A stretch of DNA of 64,000 bases. Source: Candidatus Spongiihabitans sp. Lineage in GTDB: Bacteria; Pseudomonadota; Gammaproteobacteria; Arenicellales; Poriferihabitantaceae. The notes under the pieces are model-generated. The model did no database searches, was not told where the DNA came from, and was given only the letters and a program-made list of their open reading frames with translations. Shown here in pieces: positions 9,201 through 18,942 of this stretch. A program made the position numbers and the translations under genes. The stretch spans positions 3,497,283 to 3,561,282 of the forward strand of contig OZ250151.1 in NCBI GenBank assembly GCA_965237725.1, read 5' to 3'. The stretch's first letter is position 1, and the number at the start of each line of letters is the position of its first letter.

Positions 9201-9629
9201 ATGAGTAACGTAGGTGAAATTCTGGATGGAAGGCCCAATAATATTTGGAGTGTTCAATCTGACCAATCGGTGCTCGATGCAATTCGATTAATGGCCGAAA
9301 AGGGGATCGGTGCGTTGCTGGTAATCGACAATAACAAATTATCCGGGATTTTCAGTGAACGAGATTATGCGCGCAAGGTTGTACTAGAAGACCGATCTTC
9401 AAGTGACACATTGGTCAGTGACATCATGACCAGTAAAGTGCAGACCACCAGTCGGCAGACCAGTGTATCGGAATGCATGTCTCTTATGACAGATAATGAT
9501 TTTCGTCATCTGCCTGTGGTTGAGAACGATAAGGTACTAGGGATGATCTCAATTGGTGATCTGGTCAAAACTATAATCAAGGAACAGCAAAATACCATAG
9601 AACAGTTAGAACACTATATCTCAGGTTGA
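9201..9629 (+). CDS. CBS-domain pair protein
   Basis: Two CBS repeats (IGALLVID...GIFSERD and FRHLPVVENDKVLGMISIGD). The ATG at 9201 follows GGAGGG. Confidence 0.8.
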   Translation: MSNVGEILDGRPNNIWSVQSDQSVLDAIRLMAEKGIGALLVIDNNKLSGIFSERDYARKVVLEDRSSSDTLVSDIMTSKVQTTSRQTSVSECMSLMTDNDFRHLPVVENDKVLGMISIGDLVKTIIKEQQNTIEQLEHYISG

Positions 9630-9663
9630 TCTGATAAAAGATATGATGCCTGAAAATTTAAAT

Positions 9664-12129
9664 CTAATTTAGGTGTTCCCGACTTAAAGCATAGGCTAGT
9701 TTTTCGACCAGAATTTTCACATGGTCATTGTTAAATACCATGGGTGGTCGAATTTTTAGAACGTTATTGTGGATTCCATCAATTCCAATGAGAACCCCCT
9801 GGCGCTTCATCTGATTCGCAACCCAGGTTGCTTTTTCTGGTGCGGGTTCCTGAGTTTGGCGATCATTAACCAGTTCAACGCCAATAAATAGTCCACTGCC
9901 ACGGACATCACCAATAATCGAATGATGTTCCATAAGTGATTGGAGCCCATTGATTAAATTGCCGCCCACATCATTGGCGTTCACCATCAGGTTTTCATCT
10001 TCGATAACATCAAGCATCGCAAGTGCGGCGGCGCAGGCAACGGGATTTCCGCCGGTTGTACTGAAAAATTCATGGGTTGCTTCGAACTTTTGAGAAATTT
10101 CACGGGTGGTTACCACCAGTCCCATGGGATATCCGCCCGCAATGGGTTTACCAAAAGTAACAATATCCGGACTGATGTCACCAAACTGGAATCCCCACAT
10201 GTGTTTTCCGGTTCGGCCGAAACCCGACTGGACTTCATCAGCGATACACAGTGCGCCTGCATCTCGGGCGATTTTATAAACCGCTTCGAGATAATCCGGA
10301 GGCGACGTGAAAATGCCGCTGCTACTCATGATCATGTCCATAATAAAACTTGCAGGCTTGTGTCCATGATCACTCAATTGGGCAATGGCAGTCCTGCAAT
10401 ATTCAGCATACTTGGGTCCGCGATTCGGGTCATCGCGCTTCCAGGGCCCTCGATAGTCGTTGGGCCCAGGGAAGGCTGCAATAAATTCTTGGGATTTTTT
10501 TGAACCGTCATGACTATAGGGTGTTAGGTGATCTGTGGCTTCGGTGATGCCATGGTAGGCATTTTCAAGCACCAGTCCCCCCTGATTTCCGGTCCATGAT
10601 TTTGACAGGCGCCAGGCCAGATCATTGGCTTCGCTGCCTGAAGATACAAAATAGCAGCAGTCGAGGCCATCGGGCAAAGTAGCGGTCAGCCGCTCGGCGT
10701 ATTGGGTAATGACATCGTATAGATACCGCGTATTGGTATTGAGTGTAGCGGTTTGTCTTGCGATGGCATCTACAATTCGTGGATGGCAATGACCGGCATG
10801 AGGCACATTGTTATAGGCGTCAAGGAATGCATTACCGTTTGTATCGTAGAGCCAGACACCTTTGCTGCGGACCACATGCACAGGCTCATCGTAGGCAAAA
10901 TGGCGTGCATTACCAAGGTATTGCTGCCTGCGTCGAAACTGATCATCCAGATGATTGGAATTGTTGCCGTGGATTGCTCCGGAGACATGAACACCGCAGA
11001 CATTTCTGAATAACGTTTCAATTTGTTTCGGGCCGGTTGTCTGAATGATTTCGAGCATGGCGATGGACTTTTCATGCCAGCCAATCAGGTATTCACGATC
11101 ATCATTCCATTGGGCCTCACTGGATGACCAGGCATCAATCATGATGCCCATGGCCAGTCGAGTTGCCATTAAATCGGGTAAAAGCTTAAATTCGATGTCC
11201 TCCAATGGAGAGACGGCGTGAAAACCAGATACGATTTCAGCGCATTGGGCTAATGAGTCGATACAGCCTGCGCCGATTTCAGAAGTGGTGGTTGCCAGGT
11301 CCTGAATCAGCGGTGCATGAATCATATCTCCAAAATCAAAAATACCAGAAATAACAGTGGGATTATCTGGATCAACTACCGTATTGTGAAACGAAACATC
11401 ATTGTGAATAACCTGGGTACGACAACCGGCTAAGTTTGGTTTGACCTCGGTTTCAAAACGGGTCATCACCTCTAAAATTTGCTGCTTGACCTCATCGTCT
11501 CCAATGAATATCTCCAGTCCCTTGAGTTGATCGAAGCATTGAATGTTCCAGCCCAATGGGTGTTGAGCGGCAGGGTGGAAGAAACCTCTGAGGGCCAAAT
11601 TCATTTTGGCAAGCTTGTTGCCTAGATCTAACATTAACCTGGAATCTTCCGGAGCGTGATCAAACTGAATTCCAGGCATGAAATTGAAACCACGAACTCG
11701 CATATCTACCCCGGACTTTAATTTACAGGTTCCCCAGTTTTTACCTTCGATAGTTGTTATCAGATTTGAAACAGGCAGCGAAGGGTCTCGTGCTTGTATG
11801 TGCGCCAATGCCTGACATTGCATATCAAGCAATTGATCGGGCTCAGCGGTGTTTGCTATTTTTATTAAATAGTCGCCTTGGTCGGACTTCAGACGATAGT
11901 TGCAATCCCTTTCTCCACCAAGGATTTTTATATCGCCTGCCAGTCCAAAAATGTTTTGTGCGATTTCCTTGACCTCGCTTATGGAAACCTCAGGAGGCGG
12001 TACGCGAAGTGAGTCAAGTAGGTGGGTCAAGATTGTGGAATGCCGAAGTAATTTAGTGTTCCCTAGGTTGGCCAGGTATCGGAGATAGTATAGCCCGTTG
12101 GCAGGGGGTCGTCGTGTTCCAGAATCCAT
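9664..12129 (-). CDS. fusion protein: aminoglycoside-phosphotransferase-like kinase plus class-III PLP aminotransferase-fold domain
   Basis: The N-terminal half has the kinase catalytic loop IHNDVSFHN and FDFGD. The C-terminal half has DEVQSGFGRTG and TFGKPIAGGYP (PLP lysine). The start is uncertain because the ATG at 12129 overlaps the upstream gene by 67 nt. Confidence 0.8.
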   Translation of the reverse strand: MDSGTRRPPANGLYYLRYLANLGNTKLLRHSTILTHLLDSLRVPPPEVSISEVKEIAQNIFGLAGDIKILGGERDCNYRLKSDQGDYLIKIANTAEPDQLLDMQCQALAHIQARDPSLPVSNLITTIEGKNWGTCKLKSGVDMRVRGFNFMPGIQFDHAPEDSRLMLDLGNKLAKMNLALRGFFHPAAQHPLGWNIQCFDQLKGLEIFIGDDEVKQQILEVMTRFETEVKPNLAGCRTQVIHNDVSFHNTVVDPDNPTVISGIFDFGDMIHAPLIQDLATTTSEIGAGCIDSLAQCAEIVSGFHAVSPLEDIEFKLLPDLMATRLAMGIMIDAWSSSEAQWNDDREYLIGWHEKSIAMLEIIQTTGPKQIETLFRNVCGVHVSGAIHGNNSNHLDDQFRRRQQYLGNARHFAYDEPVHVVRSKGVWLYDTNGNAFLDAYNNVPHAGHCHPRIVDAIARQTATLNTNTRYLYDVITQYAERLTATLPDGLDCCYFVSSGSEANDLAWRLSKSWTGNQGGLVLENAYHGITEATDHLTPYSHDGSKKSQEFIAAFPGPNDYRGPWKRDDPNRGPKYAEYCRTAIAQLSDHGHKPASFIMDMIMSSSGIFTSPPDYLEAVYKIARDAGALCIADEVQSGFGRTGKHMWGFQFGDISPDIVTFGKPIAGGYPMGLVVTTREISQKFEATHEFFSTTGGNPVACAAALAMLDVIEDENLMVNANDVGGNLINGLQSLMEHHSIIGDVRGSGLFIGVELVNDRQTQEPAPEKATWVANQMKRQGVLIGIDGIHNNVLKIRPPMVFNNDHVKILVEKLAYALSREHLN

Positions 12130-13124
12130 TGTCCCACACCCATAATCCAGGACTGACCGCTTATAGCAGGTATAACAGCATCAAATGTCCCAACCTTTGT
12201 TTCAGAAATGATCCCGGTATGAAATGTAGTATCAATTATTGAATGATGAACAAAATTCTCACCCACTCCAATTTTACCCCTTACATGCATTACCGCGAGA
12301 CGCGCTGAGGTACCCGTGCCGCAGGGGCAACGATCAATTCGACCTGGGGACACAACCACTGCATTTTTTGAAACCAAACCTTCTGCAGATTTTTTCACTG
12401 GCAGAGTAAACATCGTTTGGGTGATGGGAGTGGTTTCGGCAATTTCTGGATGCTGGGCGGCAATTTGCTCGTGTGCGGCGGTTTTAATGACCTTCCCCAA
12501 ATCACATATCTGTTTTCCTTCTGAGGGTATAAGCTCGAAACCAAATTGTCTTGCGTCGGTTATCGCATAGTTCATTCCACCCCAGGCAACATCCACACTA
12601 ATCTTGCCAATATCTGGGACTTCTATGATTCTATCCAGGCAGTGGACAAATGCGGGCTGATTGATCAGCTTGACGCGACCAATTCGTCCCTCCTGACAAT
12701 CACATTCAATATCGATTAAACCCGCTGGTGACTCGAGAGTGAACCGGGTTACGGGTTCAGTAGCTGGAATCATGCCCGATTTAAGTAATACCGTTGCGAC
12801 GGAAATTGTATTACCACCTGACATCAACGGATACTCTTCGCTTTCTCCGATTAAGAAGCCATAGGCCGCCGCTGGGTTGTCCGAAGGAACAATAAAATTA
12901 ACGCAGTGAGCCATTCCGCCTCTGGGTTCGTGGAGAAAAAATTGGCGAATGTTATCGTGGTGTTGTCGGAAATAATTTAACTTTTCAATCATGGTGCCAG
13001 CGGGTAATTCTGGCAGACCATCGGTCACCACTTTTTCGATATCACCTTCGCAATGGCATTCATAAACCGTATATATCTCAGTAGCAGTGACTTTGTCACT
13101 AAGTAGATTATTTAGTGTAATCAT
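12063..13124 (-). CDS. proline racemase / hydroxyproline epimerase / 3-hydroxyproline dehydratase family protein
   Basis: The second catalytic motif DRCPCGTGTSARLA is present. The first motif reads LMSGGNT, with Ser where the family has the first catalytic Cys. Confidence 0.8.
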   Translation of the reverse strand: MITLNNLLSDKVTATEIYTVYECHCEGDIEKVVTDGLPELPAGTMIEKLNYFRQHHDNIRQFFLHEPRGGMAHCVNFIVPSDNPAAAYGFLIGESEEYPLMSGGNTISVATVLLKSGMIPATEPVTRFTLESPAGLIDIECDCQEGRIGRVKLINQPAFVHCLDRIIEVPDIGKISVDVAWGGMNYAITDARQFGFELIPSEGKQICDLGKVIKTAAHEQIAAQHPEIAETTPITQTMFTLPVKKSAEGLVSKNAVVVSPGRIDRCPCGTGTSARLAVMHVRGKIGVGENFVHHSIIDTTFHTGIISETKVGTFDAVIPAISGQSWIMGVGQWILEHDDPLPTGYTISDTWPT

Positions 13125-13136
13125 CCGTGAAAGAGC

Positions 13137-13925
13137 TTAATCCTCGAGCAATGCGTCGAGTAATTCCTGGCCGAGTTCTTTTACCTTTTCTTCCACCAGG
13201 TCGGTAATTTTGCGTGCAGCAGCCCGCTTAAGTGTTTCATTGCTCAATTCGTGCACTATTTTAATTCCTAGTTCTCGGGTTCCAATGCCTTTTTTGCCGC
13301 CAATATTTTCAAGTTTAATCTCGTCAATAGAATCCGACCACTGATCGATTCCACGTTGTGCATTCAGGTTTACGTCTCTGATCAATAGTTGATCAATTGT
13401 CAGGCGAAAATAGTCTTCCTCAACATACCGCGGCTTTTTATCCTCATCAGGCTCTTCCGTATTGTCATCATCATTTTCTGGTTTCTTTTCAGATTTTTTA
13501 GCAGGCTTTTTGCCATATTCCTTGTGTCCCTTTTCTATTTGCTTTTTACTTACATCAATTATATCCTGCAAATTGGATTTGAAATCTTGCTTGAATTCGA
13601 GGTTAACCACAGGGGACTCAAACACCAGGTTATTGATTGGCAGTGGCCGGGTGAATAATTGCGACAAATTGACGTCAAAATGAATTTCATCCATTTCGAA
13701 TGCATATTTATCGCGGTAACCATCTGGATTTTCCACGGTTAATTTGGTAATACTTCCAGTTCCGCCCAGTATGGAAATTTGCAACGAATCAATTTCAACG
13801 GCAACTCCAGTTAGATGACTAGCGGTACTTTCAAGATGTGTTTTGATTCGCGTATCCAATGTATATCCGTACCAGGAGACAACAACGATTGCGAATATCA
13901 ATATGGCGCTTAGAAATTTTTTCAT
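13137..13925 (-). CDS. membrane-anchored hypothetical protein with a K/E/D-rich central segment
   Basis: N-terminal TM or signal anchor MKKFLSAILIFAIVVVSW. The charged low-complexity middle region is KKPAKKSEKKPENDDDNTEEPDEDKK. Confidence 0.4.
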   Translation of the reverse strand: MKKFLSAILIFAIVVVSWYGYTLDTRIKTHLESTASHLTGVAVEIDSLQISILGGTGSITKLTVENPDGYRDKYAFEMDEIHFDVNLSQLFTRPLPINNLVFESPVVNLEFKQDFKSNLQDIIDVSKKQIEKGHKEYGKKPAKKSEKKPENDDDNTEEPDEDKKPRYVEEDYFRLTIDQLLIRDVNLNAQRGIDQWSDSIDEIKLENIGGKKGIGTRELGIKIVHELSNETLKRAAARKITDLVEEKVKELGQELLDALLED

Positions 13926-14247
13926 ATTTAAATGACGGGTTTTGGGTGGACTAGGTTCTGAAAAGGTAATCTTTCAAACAAAACAATTTTTGTTGATTGG
14001 AATTTGAGGATTAGAGTAACGCATATTCTACAAGTTCAGGTAAAAAATGATAGGTTGCTCGCGATCTATCCATAATCTAATTTTAACTGTTCAGTCTCTA
14101 GGAATTAAACGTACCCTGTATTTGAATCAGCCAGTGTGCAGTCTGCGCAATTATTTGTCTGCTGGATTTATTTGGCCTCTATAGTTGTTATTTCGTCAAT
14201 TGATGTCATAAACTGTGCTGTGAATAATAAACGGCCGTTTCAGCTTT

Positions 14248-14880
14248 ATGCAATTAGTCAACGAGTGGTACTACTTCACCCAGGCCCTGGACAAGGCGAC
14301 CTGTGAACGGATTATTGGCCTGGGTGCGAATGAATTCAAAGAAGCAGCAGTTGACGTTAAAGTCGGTATATCCGAAGAAGAAAGAATTTCTGGCGTAAAA
14401 CCAGTCATTGGCAAGAACAAGAAAATTAGGACCAGTGAAGTTGTATGGCTAGCTGAGCAGTGGATATACGATTTGATCTGGCCCTATATGCAAACGGCTA
14501 ATGAAAAAGCTGGCTGGAAGTTTGATATAAAAGGCGCGGAATCAATACAGCTAACCCGTTATTCCCCGGGTGGGTTTTATGCCTGGCATCGGGATGGTAA
14601 GTCAGATCATCTTTCAGTTTATGACAATCCGGAAAATAAGTTCCTGCACGGCCACGTTCGAAAACTGTCCATGACCATTTTGTTAAACGATGAATTCGAA
14701 GGGGGTAATTTTGAATTTTCAACTTATGCCAAGGAAAAACACAGCGTCTCTACACCAGATTTCAAATCCCGGGGATCGATTATTTTTTTTCCGTCTTTTA
14801 TTGAACACCGGGTTGCGCCGGTTACTACTGGGGTGCGTTATTCTCTTGTGGCCTGGCTGGTGGGGCCGCCTTTCCGGTAA
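14248..14880 (+). CDS. 2OG-Fe(II) oxygenase (prolyl 4-hydroxylase-like)
   Basis: HxD motif in WHRDG, a distal His in FIEHRV, and RYSLVAW at the C-terminus. Confidence 0.7.
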   Translation: MQLVNEWYYFTQALDKATCERIIGLGANEFKEAAVDVKVGISEEERISGVKPVIGKNKKIRTSEVVWLAEQWIYDLIWPYMQTANEKAGWKFDIKGAESIQLTRYSPGGFYAWHRDGKSDHLSVYDNPENKFLHGHVRKLSMTILLNDEFEGGNFEFSTYAKEKHSVSTPDFKSRGSIIFFPSFIEHRVAPVTTGVRYSLVAWLVGPPFR

Positions 14881-14947
14881 TCGCATCCAGGTGATTGAAG
14901 GGTTGTCCCGAGCAGATATAGATACGACATAGTTGCAAATTTAAATA

Positions 14948-15736
14948 ATGAACCATTGCAAAGATACCGCAAAATTTCTATTGGATCGTCGCCTCGATCA
15001 AACCCTGGTAGACAACATTCCGGAAAACCTCTATCCCCGGTCTGTTGTCGAGGCATATGAAACCCAGGACGAACTGGTTAGCCAACTCACAGAAAAACAT
15101 AATTCAGAAACCTGTGGCTACAAGCTGGCCTGCACCAACAAACTGGCAATGGATTTGCTCAATGTGGATGGTCCGTTTTCTGGAAAAATGATGACCCATT
15201 CCATATTTAGTAATGGCGTGGTTTTAGATTCCAAGGATTTTGTGCGACGAGTTGTTGAACTGGAATTTAATTTTGTTTTGGGCGAAGACGTAGCTGAAAC
15301 ATCCGTGCCATACACCGCTGAAACAATTAAACCCTATATAAAATCATTTCTGCCAGGGATAGAAATTGTGGATCATCGCTACACGGATTTTACTAATGTA
15401 GGTGGCAATGCCCTGATTGCAGATAATGCCATTCACGGCGCCTGTATTCATGGCGAAGCTAGTGGGGATTGGCAGGCGACAGATTTAAGCCAGCATGGTG
15501 TTCAGCTGGTTGTAAACAATGAGGTTGTATCACGGGGTAGTGGAGAAGCGGTGTTGGGTCATCCACTAAATGTTATGGCCTGGCTTCAGAACCATCTGCA
15601 ATCCAGAGGCCGGGGATTAAAGTCTGGAGAAATCGTCACTACCGGTACTGCCTGCGATGTTTATAATGCTGAAGCAGGTGACAAAATCCGTGCAGATTTT
15701 GGTAAGCTCGGCAGCGTATCACTTGAATTTAAGTAA
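14948..15736 (+). CDS. 2-keto-4-pentenoate hydratase / 4-oxalocrotonate decarboxylase-family protein
   Basis: CGYKLACTN fits the GxK[LIV][AG]xT signature of the MhpD/HpcG/XylJ family. The 262-aa length also fits. Confidence 0.55.
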   Translation: MNHCKDTAKFLLDRRLDQTLVDNIPENLYPRSVVEAYETQDELVSQLTEKHNSETCGYKLACTNKLAMDLLNVDGPFSGKMMTHSIFSNGVVLDSKDFVRRVVELEFNFVLGEDVAETSVPYTAETIKPYIKSFLPGIEIVDHRYTDFTNVGGNALIADNAIHGACIHGEASGDWQATDLSQHGVQLVVNNEVVSRGSGEAVLGHPLNVMAWLQNHLQSRGRGLKSGEIVTTGTACDVYNAEAGDKIRADFGKLGSVSLEFK

Positions 15737-15761
15737 CAACATTTAAAACCTTAGTATTTCT

Positions 15762-16676
15762 ATGACCACCCTCGCATTTTTCGAAGGGGACATCGTCCCT
15801 ATTGACCAGGCCAAAATCAGCATTACCAACCATACCTTTCATTATGGCACCGGGTGCTTCGCAGGCATTCGCGGCTACTGGAATGATTCGCAGAAACAAT
15901 TATATGTATTTAGATTGGAAGATCATTTCGAACGTTTTTTAAACAGCAATAAACTATTGCATAGTGTTATCAATTACGACAACGCGCAATTGTGCGGTTT
16001 TACTCTGGATCTGTTGAGAGCCGAAGACTGGAAGGAGAACGTATATATCCGACCCATCGCCTATAAAGACGAAGGGGTATACCGGGTGTGGTTACACGAT
16101 GCCAATGACAAGGTTGCGATTTTCAGCCAGCCCATCGGCGGATACCTGCCCAGTGATGAAGGGATCAAGGTTTGTGTGAGCAGTTGGCGTAGGGTAGACG
16201 ATACTGCCATTCCTGCCCGCGGCAAAGTCAATGGTACTTATGTGAATAGTTCGCTGGCCAAGAGTGACGCTATGCTCAGTGGTTTTCATGAAGCAATTCT
16301 GCTGAATCAGGACGGCCATGTGTCCGAAGCCACTGCAGCCAACTTCATGATGATTCGCAAAGGCGTGCTAATAACGCCGCCGATCACCGCAAATCTACTG
16401 GAAGGTGTGGTTAGAAGATCCATGGTCGAACTGGCTCGGGATAGACTCGGTATTATCGTAGAAGAACGGGAAATTGATCGGTCGGAACTTTATATGGCAG
16501 ACGAAGCCTTTTTCTGTGGCACTGGGGTACAGATGGCCGCGGTGGAAAGCATTGATCACCGAATAGTGGGTGACGGTAAAATGGGTCCGCTAACTCGGCA
16601 GCTAGGTGATCTGTTTTACAGCGTACTCATCGGCGAAGAAACCGACTACCAGCACTGGGTTACGCCCGTCTATTAA
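15762..16676 (+). CDS. branched-chain-amino-acid (class IV) aminotransferase
   Basis: FAGIRGY, NLLEGVVRRS and FFCGTG motifs are typical of IlvE-type fold-IV aminotransferases. Confidence 0.8.
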   Translation: MTTLAFFEGDIVPIDQAKISITNHTFHYGTGCFAGIRGYWNDSQKQLYVFRLEDHFERFLNSNKLLHSVINYDNAQLCGFTLDLLRAEDWKENVYIRPIAYKDEGVYRVWLHDANDKVAIFSQPIGGYLPSDEGIKVCVSSWRRVDDTAIPARGKVNGTYVNSSLAKSDAMLSGFHEAILLNQDGHVSEATAANFMMIRKGVLITPPITANLLEGVVRRSMVELARDRLGIIVEEREIDRSELYMADEAFFCGTGVQMAAVESIDHRIVGDGKMGPLTRQLGDLFYSVLIGEETDYQHWVTPVY

Positions 16677-17003
16677 TCCAGATTGATTAAAAATTCGAAA
16701 TTGGATTTTTAAATTCCACCTCCTTCAACTGATTAGTGGTTCAGTTCAGTTTGGTTTTGTTCAATTCAACACCCCATCAGGGTCGCTGATCTTGGCCTTG
16801 TTCTTGGTCTAACTATGGTTCGATATTTATGTTTGCGAGTAAACTCAGATTCCTGTAATGTGCCATCGCCTTTATAAATAACGAGATAAGTTTAAAACTT
16901 GTACGGCACTATCATAATTTATAAGAGCGAATTGGAAAGTTCTGTTTGAAACACTCTGTCCAAATTCGCAATAAAATTTAAATAATATCGGAGGAAGTTG
17001 AAA

Positions 17004-17711
17004 ATGAAAACCGTTAACAGGTTTGCTATTTGTGCGTCTATTTGTTTTTTGTTATCTAACCCCATTTATGCAGAAGAGTGGAAAGTTACTTCCCTCGACT
17101 GGCAGCCTTATTCGGGTGCTGATATATCCGATGGTGGTAATTCAGTTGTAAAACTGCGAGAAATTTTGGCCAAGGCTGGGATTGATTTAGTCATTGAGTT
17201 TTATCCGTGGGCACGAGCCCAAAAACTGGCATTAACCGAAGAATATGTGGGTTATTTTCCAGCCTGGCCAGAAGAAGTTTATGACGGATTTGTAGGTTCA
17301 GATCCTGTGGATTTTTCCCATGTTGGTGTCATGACCTATGCTGGATCAAACTTGCAATGGAAGAGTCTGGAAGACTTGTTTCAAAATTACAAAGTTGGCC
17401 ATGTGGGAACTTATGCCTACCCTGAGAAAATTGAAACACTAAAGGCCCAATATCCGGATGCCGCAGATAGTGCACCTAATGAAATTTTACTGATGCGCAA
17501 ATTATCGCGCGGACGTAATGATGTTGCGCTAACAGATCCGTCGGTTATGTCATACAACGCAAATTTGGAGGGTATCTACAATATAGAAGTGCTCAATGCA
17601 AGCATTGAAAAAAAGGCGCTATTGCTTTCGTTTCGTCAGGGTGCGGATAATGATGATCGGATTAAATTGTTAAACGAGCTACTGCAAGAGTATTCAATCG
17701 CGGATCAATAG
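17004..17711 (+). CDS. periplasmic solute-binding protein (family 3-like)
   Basis: Signal peptide MKTVNRFAICASICFLLSNPIYA. The ATG at 17004 is preceded by GGAGGA. The body resembles small ABC-type substrate-binding proteins. Confidence 0.5.
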   Translation: MKTVNRFAICASICFLLSNPIYAEEWKVTSLDWQPYSGADISDGGNSVVKLREILAKAGIDLVIEFYPWARAQKLALTEEYVGYFPAWPEEVYDGFVGSDPVDFSHVGVMTYAGSNLQWKSLEDLFQNYKVGHVGTYAYPEKIETLKAQYPDAADSAPNEILLMRKLSRGRNDVALTDPSVMSYNANLEGIYNIEVLNASIEKKALLLSFRQGADNDDRIKLLNELLQEYSIADQ

Positions 17712-17876
17712 TTGAACTGGTCAGGAACTTTATCGGGCTCCATTGATTGTAAGATATCAAAAATCTACGATGTTGGTGTTTATGCTATGTTTGGGTAGTA
17801 TGGGGTTGGCGATTTTGATCGCCCCACATTCGCAACCCATCAGTGATAAACAGGATGCCTTGAATTTTCTCTTAAC

Positions 17877-18788
17877 TCACAAACCCTCGTAAATTATATT
17901 TATCCACTGCGCGCTGCTGAGAAATCCATCACCCCATTGTGCCTCGAGATCGCTTAAAGGCGATTGGGCAGCGGCATCCTCAGCAGACATTCCAGCGGAT
18001 TTGAGCTCGCTCAGGCGTTCTCTCACCGTGTTCAGCATATCCCGATAAGCGGCTAAATCTTTAACCCCGGCCAGAGGACCGTGACCGGGTATGATTTTTG
18101 TTTGATCATTGGCCAGCTTAAGAATTTTATCTGCGGCAGCTATCACACCGGTCACAGTGCCGCCGTGCTCCACATCGATGAAAGGGTAGAAGCCATTAAA
18201 AAAGACATCACCAGTATGAATGGTCTTTGAGTTAGGAAAAAACACCACCGAATCACCATTGGTATGCGCATTGGGGGTATGAAAAATCTGTACGGCTTCG
18301 TCATTGATGTGAAAGGTTATTTCTGAAGAAAAGGTGATTGCTGGCAGCGCCGTACCGGGTGCAGGCGGGGTTTCCATGTTAAAAGCCTTAATCGTCGATC
18401 CGCTGGCCAGGAGTGCATGGACATTATCATGAGATACAATAGTCGCTCCGGCACTGCCAAAGTTTTCATTACCGCCGGTGTGATCACCGTGATAATGCGT
18501 ATTGAGCAAAAATTTGGGTTGATCACCACCGAGGGATTCGATAGCCGCTGAAATTCCCTCGCTCATCGGTGCATATTTATCATCGATCATGAAAGTCCCA
18601 TCAGCGCCGATGAATACACCAATGTTGCCGCCTTTGCCTGAAATCATATAAATCGAATCAGTGACCTGTACTGTTGTAACGTCCTGTTGGGCGAAGCCTG
18701 TCATCGGTGCAATTGTTGTAATGGTTGCGACCAGGGCAATTAAAATGTTGGATAGTGGCCGATGTCGAGAATACTTGCTATTTAACAT
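17877..18788 (-). CDS. secreted MBL-fold metallo-beta-lactamase-superfamily protein
   Basis: Contains an HYHGDHTGG motif. I chose the internal Met at 18788 (MLNSKYSRHRPLSNILIALVA...AQQ signal peptide), which is preceded by GGAGAA. Confidence 0.8.
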   Translation of the reverse strand: MLNSKYSRHRPLSNILIALVATITTIAPMTGFAQQDVTTVQVTDSIYMISGKGGNIGVFIGADGTFMIDDKYAPMSEGISAAIESLGGDQPKFLLNTHYHGDHTGGNENFGSAGATIVSHDNVHALLASGSTIKAFNMETPPAPGTALPAITFSSEITFHINDEAVQIFHTPNAHTNGDSVVFFPNSKTIHTGDVFFNGFYPFIDVEHGGTVTGVIAAADKILKLANDQTKIIPGHGPLAGVKDLAAYRDMLNTVRERLSELKSAGMSAEDAAAQSPLSDLEAQWGDGFLSSAQWINIIYEGL

Positions 18789-18942
18789 ATTGAATTCTCC
18801 AATTTGAGAATGGAAGCTTCGGAATGTACTGATAATAACAGACCCGTATTTTGACTGAAAATTCCACAAAAATTGGGTATGTCCCAATGTTATCTTGGTT
18901 ATACTCACTCGCTTTGTAAACTCTCGTCTCCGATGAATCTAT

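Noticed and set aside
10072-11084. Several 83-143-aa ORFs on both strands inside the 821-aa fusion gene
   Set aside because: They are nested in or antisense to a gene with continuous kinase and aminotransferase motifs, and there is no independent support for them.
12063-12129. 67-nt same-strand overlap between the racemase-family gene and the kinase/aminotransferase fusion, considered as a possible frameshift or fusion signal
   Set aside because: It is more simply explained by an uncertain start codon for the downstream gene; an in-frame TTG further in is possible. I saw no evidence of a programmed frameshift.
17802-17827. GGCGAT-tttg-ATCGCC hairpin between convergent genes, considered as a bidirectional terminator
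   Set aside because: The stem is only 6 bp and has no adjacent T/A runs on either side, which is too weak to call.
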